Assembly (NCBI GenBank): GCA_964475205.1
Contig: CAYYVQ010000005.1
Coordinates: forward strand, 6,158 to 70,157
DNA length: 64,000 nucleotides
Direction: 5' to 3'
Source: an uncultured Victivallales bacterium
GTDB lineage: Bacteria; Verrucomicrobiota; Kiritimatiellia; UBA8416; CAYSRM01
In this document: positions 30,647-39,386 of the stretch, in pieces
Layout: every line of letters starts with the position of its first letter
How positions within the stretch are numbered: the stretch's first letter is position 1
Position numbers and translations under genes: made by a program
Notes under the pieces: model-generated
The model's input: the letters and a program-made list of their open reading frames with translations, nothing else
Told to the model about the DNA's origin: nothing
Database searches by the model: none

Positions 30647-31621
30647 TTAGAGGAGCCCTGTCAACAGTTTGACTGCATTGTCGAAATCGTGGTAGTTGAC
30701 TGTTTCCGAAGAAGAATGCAGATACCGGCACGGAATTGAAAGACAGCCCGACTCAACGCCGCTTTGAGAAGTCTGAATAGCGCGCGCGTCAGTCGAGCCA
30801 AACCCGAGCACTTCAATTTGATATGGAATGCGGCGCTTTTCTGCGGTTTCAATCATTAACTCCTTGACCCTGGGTGAAGCGAGCATCCCTCCGTCTTTTA
30901 TTTTTACCGCGGGCCCCTTGCCGAGTTCAATCGCCATCTTATAAGGGGGTTCGGGTGTGTCAGGACAAGCCGTGACATCCACCGCAATGCCCATGTCAGG
31001 CTCTATGCCGTAAGCGCCGGTAATGGCCCCGCGCAATCCGACTTCTTCCTGGACACTGAACACAAAATATACGTCATGGGTTGATTTCTTTAATGCCCGT
31101 AAAACCCCTATCAATACCGCGCAACCAATCCGATCATCTAAGGCTTTCGCAATGATGTTATCACCGCGCTTCTCCATTCCGCTGTCAAAACAAGCTGCGT
31201 CACCCACCTTCACCGGATTGCTGCGGTCATTCCCGCTCACATCCACAAAAAGTTTGTCAAATTGCGGGATTTTTTTCTTATCGTCCTGTTTTTCCATGCC
31301 GATAACGCCTATCGTTCCATCAGCAAAACGCACCCTTTTGGTAACAGCACATAAAGGATTAACCCCGCCGATAGGATTGACCCTCAGAAAACCGCGCTGG
31401 TCAATGTATGCAACAATCACACCGATCTCGTCCATGTGCGCGGAAAGCATCACCTTGCGTCCGTTGCCGGCGCCTTTTTTCAATACAATTAAATTACCCA
31501 GCGCATCGACCCTGATGTCATCGGCCAGACCGTCAAGTTCGCTCTTTATGATTTCACGCACATGTTCTTCATGCCCAGACGGTCCATAAGCTTCAACCAG
31601 CTTCTTTATTACTTCTTTCAT
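30647..31621 (-). CDS. M42 family aminopeptidase (FrvX/TET-like), paralogue 1
   Basis: M42 metal-ligand motifs. Start at MKEVIKK matches the paralogue N-termini. Confidence 0.8.
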   Translation of the reverse strand: MKEVIKKLVEAYGPSGHEEHVREIIKSELDGLADDIRVDALGNLIVLKKGAGNGRKVMLSAHMDEIGVIVAYIDQRGFLRVNPIGGVNPLCAVTKRVRFADGTIGVIGMEKQDDKKKIPQFDKLFVDVSGNDRSNPVKVGDAACFDSGMEKRGDNIIAKALDDRIGCAVLIGVLRALKKSTHDVYFVFSVQEEVGLRGAITGAYGIEPDMGIAVDVTACPDTPEPPYKMAIELGKGPAVKIKDGGMLASPRVKELMIETAEKRRIPYQIEVLGFGSTDARAIQTSQSGVESGCLSIPCRYLHSSSETVNYHDFDNAVKLLTGLL

Positions 31622-31758
31622 CTCTGCTTTGCCTTTCGCGTCTTTCAAAAATCTTTCCTTTTTTATGTTCCTTGCGTTTTCTGAGGTTCTTCTTCCTGGC
31701 AACCAATGACCAATGACACGCGCGAAGCGAGTAAATAACTAATGATTTCTCTTTTCCC

Positions 31759-32775
31759 CTACAACCGTTGCATAATCTTCAGCATAAGTTTTACGGTGTT
31801 GTTCAAATCTTTTTTGCTCATCATCGAAACCGGCGAATGAATATAGCGGCATGGAGCCGAAACTGCCACAGTAGGGACTCCTCTGCGTGCAAGATGAATA
31901 GCCCCGGCGTCAGTCCCTCCCTGGCCCGGCTGTTTAATCTGATACGGAATCTTTTCCTCTTCCGCGGTCGAAATCAATAACTGTACCATGTCTTTGTCGG
32001 CAATCATGGTTTTATCCATAACACTGATGGCCGGGCCTTTGCCCAGCTCTGTTGTCGGACTGATATCCTTATCTTTTGGCGAGTCATCGCAAATGGTTCC
32101 TTCAAGCACAAATGCCGCATCCGGTTCAATCCCGAAAGCCGCCACCCGCGCACCGCGTAATCCGACTTCTTCCATTGTTGTGAACACCGGATAGAAATCA
32201 AACGGATACGGTCCGGCCTTGATCAGTTCAATTAACGCTGCACAGCCAGCACGGTCATCAAAAGCCTTGCCCTTAACCACGCCGCCCAGATCTTCAAATT
32301 CAGTTGCAAATACCGCGTAATCTCCCTGGTTGACCAACTTTTCAGCCTCCTCGCGACTGCTCACCCCGATATCAATAACCATCGCGTCATGCTTGATGAT
32401 TTTTTTGCGCTCATCCGGAGGGGTAAGATGCACCGGCTTGATGCAAATCAAACCTGGGACACGGTCTTTTCCAATCAAAACTTTCTTGGCAGGCAGAACA
32501 CGGTCATCTATTCCGCCGACCTTCTGGAAAAAAAGCAGACCTTTTTCATTGGCGTGTGAAATCATCAGTCCGATCTCATCCATGTGCGCCGCCATCATTA
32601 TCTTCCGCCGTTTTCGCCCCGTGCCCTTTTTGAACCCCAGCAGATTGCCAAGAGAATCAACCCGCAGGCTGTCCACATTCGAACGGACTGCTGATATGAT
32701 GATATCTCTCACAGCAGATTCATCGCCGGCCACACCCGCCGCATTTGACAGTTTTTCAAGTGTTTTCAGTTTCAT
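31759..32775 (-). CDS. M42 family aminopeptidase, paralogue 2
   Basis: M42 family motifs. Confidence 0.8.
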   Translation of the reverse strand: MKLKTLEKLSNAAGVAGDESAVRDIIISAVRSNVDSLRVDSLGNLLGFKKGTGRKRRKIMMAAHMDEIGLMISHANEKGLLFFQKVGGIDDRVLPAKKVLIGKDRVPGLICIKPVHLTPPDERKKIIKHDAMVIDIGVSSREEAEKLVNQGDYAVFATEFEDLGGVVKGKAFDDRAGCAALIELIKAGPYPFDFYPVFTTMEEVGLRGARVAAFGIEPDAAFVLEGTICDDSPKDKDISPTTELGKGPAISVMDKTMIADKDMVQLLISTAEEEKIPYQIKQPGQGGTDAGAIHLARRGVPTVAVSAPCRYIHSPVSMMSKKDLNNTVKLMLKIMQRL

Positions 32776-32809
32776 TATATTTTGCGCTTACAACCCTTCG
32801 CCGCATACC

Positions 32810-33877
32810 CTATTTAATTTCACGTGAAAGTTTATCGATAAAAACGTTGTCAAGGCCGGCGATAAAATGCGCCAGCAATCTTCCCGTCCGTTCAACATCT
32901 TTAACCTGCAGCATTTCCACCGGTGTGTGCATGCTGCGCAAAGGAATACTCAGCAAAGCGGTTGGTATCCCGGCACGGGTTAGCTGTATGGCATTGGCAT
33001 CAGTGCCGGTGCCGCGGGTGCAGATTTCTGTTTGAAAAGGAATTTCATGTTGCAGGGCTGTTTTACGCAAAGCTTCAAACATTTCCGGGTGGATATTCGG
33101 CCCCCTGCACAACGCAGGACCTTTACCCAGTTCAACCGCATTTAACGCTTCCGGAATGCCGGGTTGTTTGCCGAAACCGACATCAATCGCAATTCCGATA
33201 TCCGGGGCAACACTGTAAGCGCCGGTAATTGCTCCGCGCAACCCGACTTCCTCCTGTACCGTGGCCACAGCGTAAACATCCCACGAATGGGTCAAATTGC
33301 GCAATTGCTCCATGCAGCAGGCAATTGCAGTGACCGATGCCCGGTCATCAAAGGCCTTGCCGCTTACATGACCGTTCTGTAACTCGGTGAATCCGCCGCG
33401 GATTGAAATCAAATCGCCTGGACGCACGTTCTTTTCCAGTTCTCTGGCGGTCAGGCCTGTATCAATAAAAAGCTCATCCATTGGCGCCGGTTTGGAACGT
33501 TCCTGTTCATTCAACACATGCGGCGGACGGGAACCGATAATTCCGGGCAACCGCCGCTTTCCGTGAACAAGCACCTCGCGTCCCGGCAATGTGCGCACGT
33601 CAAATCCGCCTACTTGTGTAAAACGGATGAATCCTTTCTCCAGAACTGTAACAATCAGCCCGATCTCATCCATATGCCCGGCAAGCATAATCCGCCATCG
33701 TGCTGTATTGCTCTTTCCGTGCCCCTGTTTCAAGGCAATCAGGTTTCCCATTGCGTCAACACGAACATCGTCCGCGAAGGCGCCGAACTGTTCGCGCACA
33801 ATCTCGCGAATCTCTTCCTCATAGCCGGAAACCCCGTTCGCCTCGGACAATTGTTTAAGAAACGAAACTGTGTTCAC
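32810..33877 (-). CDS. M42 family aminopeptidase, paralogue 3
   Basis: M42 family motifs. Confidence 0.8.
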   Translation of the reverse strand: MNTVSFLKQLSEANGVSGYEEEIREIVREQFGAFADDVRVDAMGNLIALKQGHGKSNTARWRIMLAGHMDEIGLIVTVLEKGFIRFTQVGGFDVRTLPGREVLVHGKRRLPGIIGSRPPHVLNEQERSKPAPMDELFIDTGLTARELEKNVRPGDLISIRGGFTELQNGHVSGKAFDDRASVTAIACCMEQLRNLTHSWDVYAVATVQEEVGLRGAITGAYSVAPDIGIAIDVGFGKQPGIPEALNAVELGKGPALCRGPNIHPEMFEALRKTALQHEIPFQTEICTRGTGTDANAIQLTRAGIPTALLSIPLRSMHTPVEMLQVKDVERTGRLLAHFIAGLDNVFIDKLSREIK

Positions 33878-33995
33878 TTTTCCCTGCCTATTCCCAAAAT
33901 AAAATAATCCGTGGAATCAACTTGTAAAAGGAATGTAAGCTATTGCCTCAGGTCAATGCAACGTCTTTTGGCTTCTGGTAAGAATCTTAGGAATC

Positions 33996-35322
33996 TTAGG
34001 GACACACCTTTTATATTTACGGATCATATAGATCAATCTCAAAACGTTACCCGCATGAAGAATCTATATTAACAGGAGAAATACAAGGCCCAGCCTGACC
34101 TCTGCGCGCGGACTCAGCCGGTGTGTTGCCATGACATAACCACATCACCCGGCATTCCCTGCCATTTCATTGAATCCGGGCGCTATCTGACCTTGCAACC
34201 ATACCCTTGGGCTGTGCTACACCGTGTCAGCTGCCCGCAGGCGCCGACACCGCCTCAAGCCGCAGGTCACGCATAGTGCATAACCCGCCCCAGTCACCAC
34301 AGCGCATCGCTCTTGCCCCGCTTTTGCGTTTCAGCCCGAACTCATTCCGGTATCGCCTGTATATGCCTTCAACATATTCTCGGCTGCCCAGAACTACCCC
34401 GTCTGAAAAATACCTTACGCGGCAGCGCAACACTTCAGCTTTCGGCAACCTGCCACCTTCTTCCAGTACCTGACGCACCTTCTCATAGGAAAAACCTATC
34501 CTGCCGGATGTCTGTTCTCCCCGCATATACAACAGCTTGCGATATTTATGGCTCACCTGACCCCATACCGCCGTCCCAGGATCAAGAGACAGCATCACGC
34601 TTCCCAACCCCTGCCTGGCTCTCCTGCCTCCTGCCATAGCTTCCGCGTAGCCGCAATAACGGTAATTGCGGGGATCTGACACGGTTCCTGACCTGACCGG
34701 GTTAAGGTCTATGTACGAGGCCATCATGATCAAGACATTCTCGCTGTTTTCCACCAGTATGCTTTTAAATCGCTCCTCCCACAATGTGCCGCGCCTGACA
34801 TTGTTACGGTTATACCACATGGAAAAACGCTGCTTGAGCGTCTTCATGAACTGCGAGACGTCATACATCCGGTACAGGTATTTCTCCCGAAGCTGCCTCA
34901 CATAGGCTTCCTGATTATCTTCCCTGGCCTCCTTAAGCAGCCTTTCATACTCGGCCACAAAGGGTTTTGAATACAGCAGCCTCATTCTCTCAAGAAGCTG
35001 ATCATCGTCTATTTCCTGCCTTTCAGGAACATGGACAAGGATATGGAAATGATTGCCCATCACCGCATAGGTAAGGATATTGACCCCGCAGAAACCCTCC
35101 ACCTTGCGCATCATCTTCCTGAATACTTCCTTTTCCACATCACCCAGAACCATCCTGCGCTCTATCACCCTGGACATGCAATGATAGTACCCGCCTTCTT
35201 CTATCTTGACCCGTGCCGTGCGCATAATACCTCCCCGCTCAGAAATTCATACATTTGCTGACTTTCAGCAAAGTGTACACCGTAGCGCATTCCATTGCAA
35301 CTTATTAATGGTGTGTCCCTAA
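33996..35322 (-). mobile_element. IS-like unit (~1.33 kb) bounded by perfect 13-bp inverted repeats TTAGGGACACACC / GGTGTGTCCCTAA and carrying a single RAYT-like gene
   Basis: TIRs read directly at 33996-34008 and 35310-35322. Tandem AATCTTAGG AATCTTAGG at the left end. Confidence 0.45.
34227..35225 (-). CDS. HUH/Y1 transposase of the IS200-like / REP-associated tyrosine transposase (RAYT) type, long form (332 aa)
   Basis: N-terminal YHCMSRVIERR, HUH motif HFHILV, catalytic-Tyr region SYIDLNPV. Confidence 0.7.
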   Translation of the reverse strand: MRTARVKIEEGGYYHCMSRVIERRMVLGDVEKEVFRKMMRKVEGFCGVNILTYAVMGNHFHILVHVPERQEIDDDQLLERMRLLYSKPFVAEYERLLKEAREDNQEAYVRQLREKYLYRMYDVSQFMKTLKQRFSMWYNRNNVRRGTLWEERFKSILVENSENVLIMMASYIDLNPVRSGTVSDPRNYRYCGYAEAMAGGRRARQGLGSVMLSLDPGTAVWGQVSHKYRKLLYMRGEQTSGRIGFSYEKVRQVLEEGGRLPKAEVLRCRVRYFSDGVVLGSREYVEGIYRRYRNEFGLKRKSGARAMRCGDWGGLCTMRDLRLEAVSAPAGS

Positions 35323-35760
35323 TTACCTTCCGTTGGAAGGAATATTACTACGCTATTGCCAAGAACTGGAACAGCGGTTGGGGAGAATTATATCGTTCGA
35401 AAGACGGCTTGACACCGTTTGACTCCAGGGGAAGATTCGTTTACAGACTGCGGCATTGTGCTGTTATGCTTCGCGACAATCAGCTTCTCGTATTCTATAC
35501 TGTGGCAGGTGAGATGGGTATAGCGATGGCAGAACTTGACATCAAAATCAAGTAGACGGCAGATCAAGATGAACGTGGTCACGGTCGCGAAAGCGCCTGA
35601 AACCCGCATGCGGGTTAGCCCTCTGCGATTTGGGCCGTCAAAAGCATTTGGGAAGAAATGCTGTTATGCCGGCCGCATTATTTGTGCGGAATCAAGTGAA
35701 GAATTGCTGGCTTATATTGACGATGCTGATATCATAATGCGAAAAGTTAGTTAAAACACC

Positions 35761-35858
35761 GGGTCGTAGCGCAGCCTGGCAGCATCCCGACCTCTGCGCC
35801 AAATCGCGAGAGTCGGGGCTTTGGAAACTGAAAGTCGTGGGTCAAATCCCACAGTACA
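35761..35858 (+). pseudogene. degenerate tRNA-like element (tRNA-Pro-like 5' end and D-arm, ~30-nt hairpin insertion, mutated T-loop, non-pairing 3' end)
   Basis: CGGGTCGTAGCGCAGCCTGGCAGC...GTGGGTCAAATCCCAC shares the 5' acceptor and D-arm with the adjacent tRNA-Pro, but the acceptor stem cannot close. Confidence 0.35.
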
Positions 35859-35859
35859 G

Positions 35860-35936
35860 CGGGGCGTAGCGCAGCTTGGCAGCGCGTCAGCTTTGGGAGC
35901 TGAAAGTCGTGGGTTCGAATCCCACCGCCCCGACCA
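35860..35936 (+). tRNA. tRNA-Pro (anticodon UGG)
   Basis: 77 nt. 7-bp acceptor CGGGGCG/CGCCCCG, D-arm GCGC/GCGC, anticodon stem TCAGC/GCTGA with loop TTTGGGA, T-arm GTGGG-TTCGAAT-CCCAC, encoded CCA. Confidence 0.9.
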
Positions 35937-35939
35937 TTT

Positions 35940-36400
35940 GGTATATTCCAGACACAACAGTAACTTTCAGATCCATATCAAACTTGTTTCCGATAAAGGG
36001 ATGAGAACCCACGAAGTGGGTTTGTCTACCTCAATGCGGGAGCTTCGAGGTAGTGGCTGGCCTTGAGCCAGCCCCGAAGGGCAAGGCCGTCGGGCGACGG
36101 CCGCAGCAATCCCACCGCCCCGACCATTTCGGATTTTTCCCGCCGTCGGCGGAAAAATCCGAAATGGTCGAGCCTCCTTCGAGATATCCGAACCTGGTTC
36201 GAGGGCCACTATCGGCGATCCTGACCGACCCCCGCGCTTCGCGCGGTGATACTACCCCGGCAGGCCGCCCGCCAGCGCTCCGCGCTGTCATGCGTCCTGC
36301 TCCTACCCGCACCCGCCGTGACAGCTTCGCTGGCGGCCTGCCTGCATAGTACCCGAGGCGCGAAGCGCCGCGGGGGGTACCGTCTACCGTTCATGACGGG
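35940..36400. repeat. cluster of REP-like palindromes/hairpins downstream of tRNA-Pro, ending in a ~180-nt GC-rich imperfect rod hairpin
   Basis: Hairpins AACCCAC/GTGGGTT, CTACCTC/GAGGTAG, GGCTGG/CCAGCC, CGGCCGTCG/CGACGGCCG, CGGATTTTTCCGCC/GGCGGAAAAATCCG. Long-range pairing CCCCCGCGCTTCGCGCG...CGCGAAGCGCCGCGGGGGG. Confidence 0.5.
36106..36129 (+). repeat. direct repeat of the tRNA-Pro 3' end (AATCCCACCGCCCCGACCATTT), attR-like
   Basis: 23/23 identical to 35914-35939, about 190 bp downstream of the tRNA. Confidence 0.6.
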
Positions 36401-36456
36401 TCTTGTCTCTCAAAGTAGGTTCGAATATCACGAAGGAGGCTCGACTCCGTATTACG

Positions 36457-36711
36457 ATGTTCTGGGTTTACATACTCTATAGCCCAACATTTGACCGCTA
36501 TTATAAAAGCCAGACTGAAAATCTGACAGACAGACTCATAATGCATTTCGAGGCCAAAACAAAGTCTACATGCTCCGCAAAAAACTGGCTGCTTGTCTTC
36601 AGACAGTCCCTTAACCCGCATATCTCACAGGATTTCGTAGTGAGAGCGTGGAAAGTGCTTCTGCGGGGGTGCGAATTGGTAAAACGCCTGAGAATTTATA
36701 AAGAGGTATAA
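36457..36711 (+). pseudogene. GIY-YIG (YhbQ/UPF0213-like) nuclease-domain gene with its 3' end replaced by a MITE-A half copy
   Basis: MFWVYILYSPTFDRYYKSQTENLTDRLIMH matches the GIY-YIG core. After ~55 codons the frame runs into TTAACCCGCATATCTCACAG (the MITE-A TIR). Confidence 0.5.
36590..36690. repeat. MITE family A half copy (inverted)
   Basis: Matches 6005-6090 in reverse complement. Confidence 0.6.
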
Positions 36712-36768
36712 TTGGACAGAATCAACAAATTTATCGTATATTTCATAGTAGAAAACTTTTTTAGCCTG

Positions 36769-36931
36769 ATCTATTCATCAACTTCGTGATAAGAGTGCGC
36801 ATGTTGCTTTAGATCAATGGCTTTGTGCAGATAGCCGGGTGTAGGCGCATAGACATGCGTCAAAATCGGCTGGCCAGCAAAGTCGTTGAGATGAAGTGAC
36901 ATGAACACTCGTAATAGATTTTTATGAATAG
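36769..36931. repeat. MITE family D copy 1 (~165 bp, TIR GATCTATTCATCAA / TTTTTATGAATAG(A/C)TC)
   Basis: About 92% identical to 55573-55739. The 63-aa ORF inside is not conserved in the second copy. Confidence 0.7.
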
Positions 36932-37012
36932 CTCGGGTTAGGATATGTATTTTTTTTAACAATACAAAATCCTATATTTACAATACAAATATCCAAAATC
37001 TAGAAACAAACT

Positions 37013-38146
37013 ATGGCCAAAGAAGAAAAATTTATTCCCTTTGATGTGATTGAAAAATTCATGGTTGATGTGATGGTAAAAGCCAACATCCCGGAGGATG
37101 ATGCCAGGATAGTGGCAGATGTGCTGGTTAAAGCAGATAAACTTGGTGTTGATTCGCACGGGGTAAACAGGCTTAAACCCATATATCTGGACCGGATCAA
37201 TGACGGCATCCTTAATCCGGTTACCAATTTTGAGGTAGTGAAGGAAGCGCCTGCTACAGCAGTAGTTGACGGACATAATGGTATGGGCCACGTTATCGCA
37301 TACAAGTCTATGCAAATGGCCATTGATAAAGCCAAAAAGTATGGTATGGGGATGGTTGCTGTAAGAAATTCGACCCATTATGGTTTTGCCGGTTACTATC
37401 CGCTGATGGCTACCGGACAAGACATGATAGGCATAACCGGAACCAATGCCAGACCTTCTATTGCACCTACCTTTGGTGTGGAAAACATGTTGGGAACCAA
37501 CCCATTGACTTTCGGAATGCCCAGCGATGAAGGTTTTCCCTTTTTACTGGACTGTGCTACCTCCATTACCCAGCGCGGCAAGGTTGAATTATACGCCCGC
37601 CAGGGCAAAGAAATGCCCAAAGGATGGGTCATTGATAAAAACGGAGAATCGAAAACGAACTCTGTAGAAGTACTGGAAGACCTGATAGCTGGAAGAGCTG
37701 CATTTACACCGCTGGGTGGAGTGGGAGAAGAAACAGGAGGCTACAAGGGTTATGGATATGCTACGGTTGTAGAAATTCTCTCTTCTGCCCTGCAACAGGG
37801 CGCCTATCTGAAAATGCTTTTGGGCGTTAAAGATGGCAAAAAAGTTCCGTATCCCTTAGGCCATTTCTTTATTGCCATTGATATAAATGCTTTTACCGAA
37901 CCCGCTGACTTTAAAAAAACCACAGGCGATATTCTCAGAAAACTGCGTGCTTCTCAGAAGATGCCGGGAGAAAAGAGAATTTATACAGCAGGAGAAAAGG
38001 AGCATGATGCCTGGATTTACAGAAAAGACAAAGGGGTTCCCTTTAATGATGCTTTATTTGAAGAATTTGCCGGAATGTGTAAAACGTATGGTCTGGAAGA
38101 ATATCTTCCCCATTTTAAGCAACAATTTCCGGTTTCCAGAATATAA
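37013..38146 (+). CDS. Ldh_2 family (malate/L-sulfolactate dehydrogenase-like) oxidoreductase, in a markedly AT-rich segment
   Basis: Ldh_2 motifs (VDSHGVNRL, HYGFAGYY). Local GC is clearly below the window average when read directly. Confidence 0.8.
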   Translation: MAKEEKFIPFDVIEKFMVDVMVKANIPEDDARIVADVLVKADKLGVDSHGVNRLKPIYLDRINDGILNPVTNFEVVKEAPATAVVDGHNGMGHVIAYKSMQMAIDKAKKYGMGMVAVRNSTHYGFAGYYPLMATGQDMIGITGTNARPSIAPTFGVENMLGTNPLTFGMPSDEGFPFLLDCATSITQRGKVELYARQGKEMPKGWVIDKNGESKTNSVEVLEDLIAGRAAFTPLGGVGEETGGYKGYGYATVVEILSSALQQGAYLKMLLGVKDGKKVPYPLGHFFIAIDINAFTEPADFKKTTGDILRKLRASQKMPGEKRIYTAGEKEHDAWIYRKDKGVPFNDALFEEFAGMCKTYGLEEYLPHFKQQFPVSRI

Positions 38147-38287
38147 TAAAATCCCCTGCTGTCATTTACACCTGAGCCCCGCTGCATCCAAAATAGGCCA
38201 ATCAAATGACATGTTATTTCTGGGACAGGACATCAGGAAAATCTACAAGGCGAGATAAAAACATGAAAGGATTTTTCTCAGGATAAA

Positions 38288-39277
38288 ATGGATTGGTCTC
38301 GTTTACAGGATATTCTTGTGGTTTGCATTCCGGTTTTCGCCATGATTGCGTTGGGAAAAGGATTGGAATTGCGCGGAATTCTAGGAAAGGACCGGCGTAA
38401 TTTCATCAACTGGCTGACCTATAATCTGGCACTGCCGGCCCTTATTTTCCGCGGAGTTGCTACCCAGCGGTTTATTGAGCTTTTTGATGTGCCGCTTCTT
38501 GCGGGACCGGCATGCGCCATTATTATTACATGCATAATATTTGTTCTCCTGGGGTTGGCGTTTAAAATCAGGGGGCCGCTGGCGGCAGCTTTTATTTTCG
38601 GAACGTTCTGGGCAAATGTTTCATATATGGGCTTTCCGCTTGCAAACAACGCATATGGAAGCGAGGGCATGACCAGCGCCGCGATTTACAATGCCTTTGT
38701 AATGCCGTTTTCCGTTATCCTCGGATTTCTAATGATAGGAATCTACGGCGATAGCAAGAGCGGGGGTGGAATTGGCGGTAGGATTCGCGGCGCTTTTTTA
38801 AATCCCCTGGTAATATCCGCCTTCCTGGGAATAGTAACGGCACTGGTTGCCGAAGTGTTCCGGGATCCGGAAGGACGGTTGCATCTGGCGGCTCCGGTTT
38901 CTGCATTGCTTGAACTTGCCGGTTCCTTCCTGGAGCTCATAGGGGCAATGGGCTTGCCGCTTGCGCTTCTGTCTATTGGCGGTTCCATGCATCTTGCGGA
39001 AACAAAAAAGCGCATGGGACTGCTTTCGCTTGTTCTGACGGGCAAGCTGATAGTGTTGCCCCTATTAACGTTGCTTATCATTCGTATTTTTTTTCCGGGC
39101 GCGGACACCGTTACCCTTGGTGTGGCAGTGATGTTGACGGCTATGCCCAACGCGGTTGCCAGTTTTGTAGTGGCCCGTCAGATCGGTGTGGAAGAAGGTT
39201 TCGTTTCCTCGATGCTGGTTATCAGCACAGGATTGAGTATTTTCAGTCTGCCGGTATGGTTGTACTTTGTGTTGTGA
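38288..39277 (+). CDS. AEC (auxin efflux carrier / malate permease) family transporter
   Basis: 10-TM AEC architecture with conserved N- and C-terminal repeats. Confidence 0.8.
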   Translation: MDWSRLQDILVVCIPVFAMIALGKGLELRGILGKDRRNFINWLTYNLALPALIFRGVATQRFIELFDVPLLAGPACAIIITCIIFVLLGLAFKIRGPLAAAFIFGTFWANVSYMGFPLANNAYGSEGMTSAAIYNAFVMPFSVILGFLMIGIYGDSKSGGGIGGRIRGAFLNPLVISAFLGIVTALVAEVFRDPEGRLHLAAPVSALLELAGSFLELIGAMGLPLALLSIGGSMHLAETKKRMGLLSLVLTGKLIVLPLLTLLIIRIFFPGADTVTLGVAVMLTAMPNAVASFVVARQIGVEEGFVSSMLVISTGLSIFSLPVWLYFVL

Positions 39278-39386
39278 GCGCTGTAAACTCGAAGCTATTG
39301 TAAAGCGGGATTATTGCTGCAATATAAGGGGATGAAGTTTATACTGCTCTGAATTAAAACAGCCGCAGGAAGGAAGGGCGGGCATA

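Noticed and set aside
35295-35555. 86-aa ORF starting inside the right TIR of the RAYT unit
   Set aside because: It begins within the 13-bp TIR, has no SD and no recognisable domain. It is probably read-through frame noise or a gene fragment.
35761-35858. Considered a second functional tRNA immediately upstream of tRNA-Pro
   Set aside because: The acceptor stem cannot form (3' end AGTACAG versus 5' CGGGTCG), the T-loop is TCAAATC, and an extra ~30-nt hairpin interrupts the anticodon region.
36771-36962. 63-aa ORF inside the MITE-D copy
   Set aside because: The second MITE-D copy (55573-55739) does not maintain the frame, so the ORF is not conserved.
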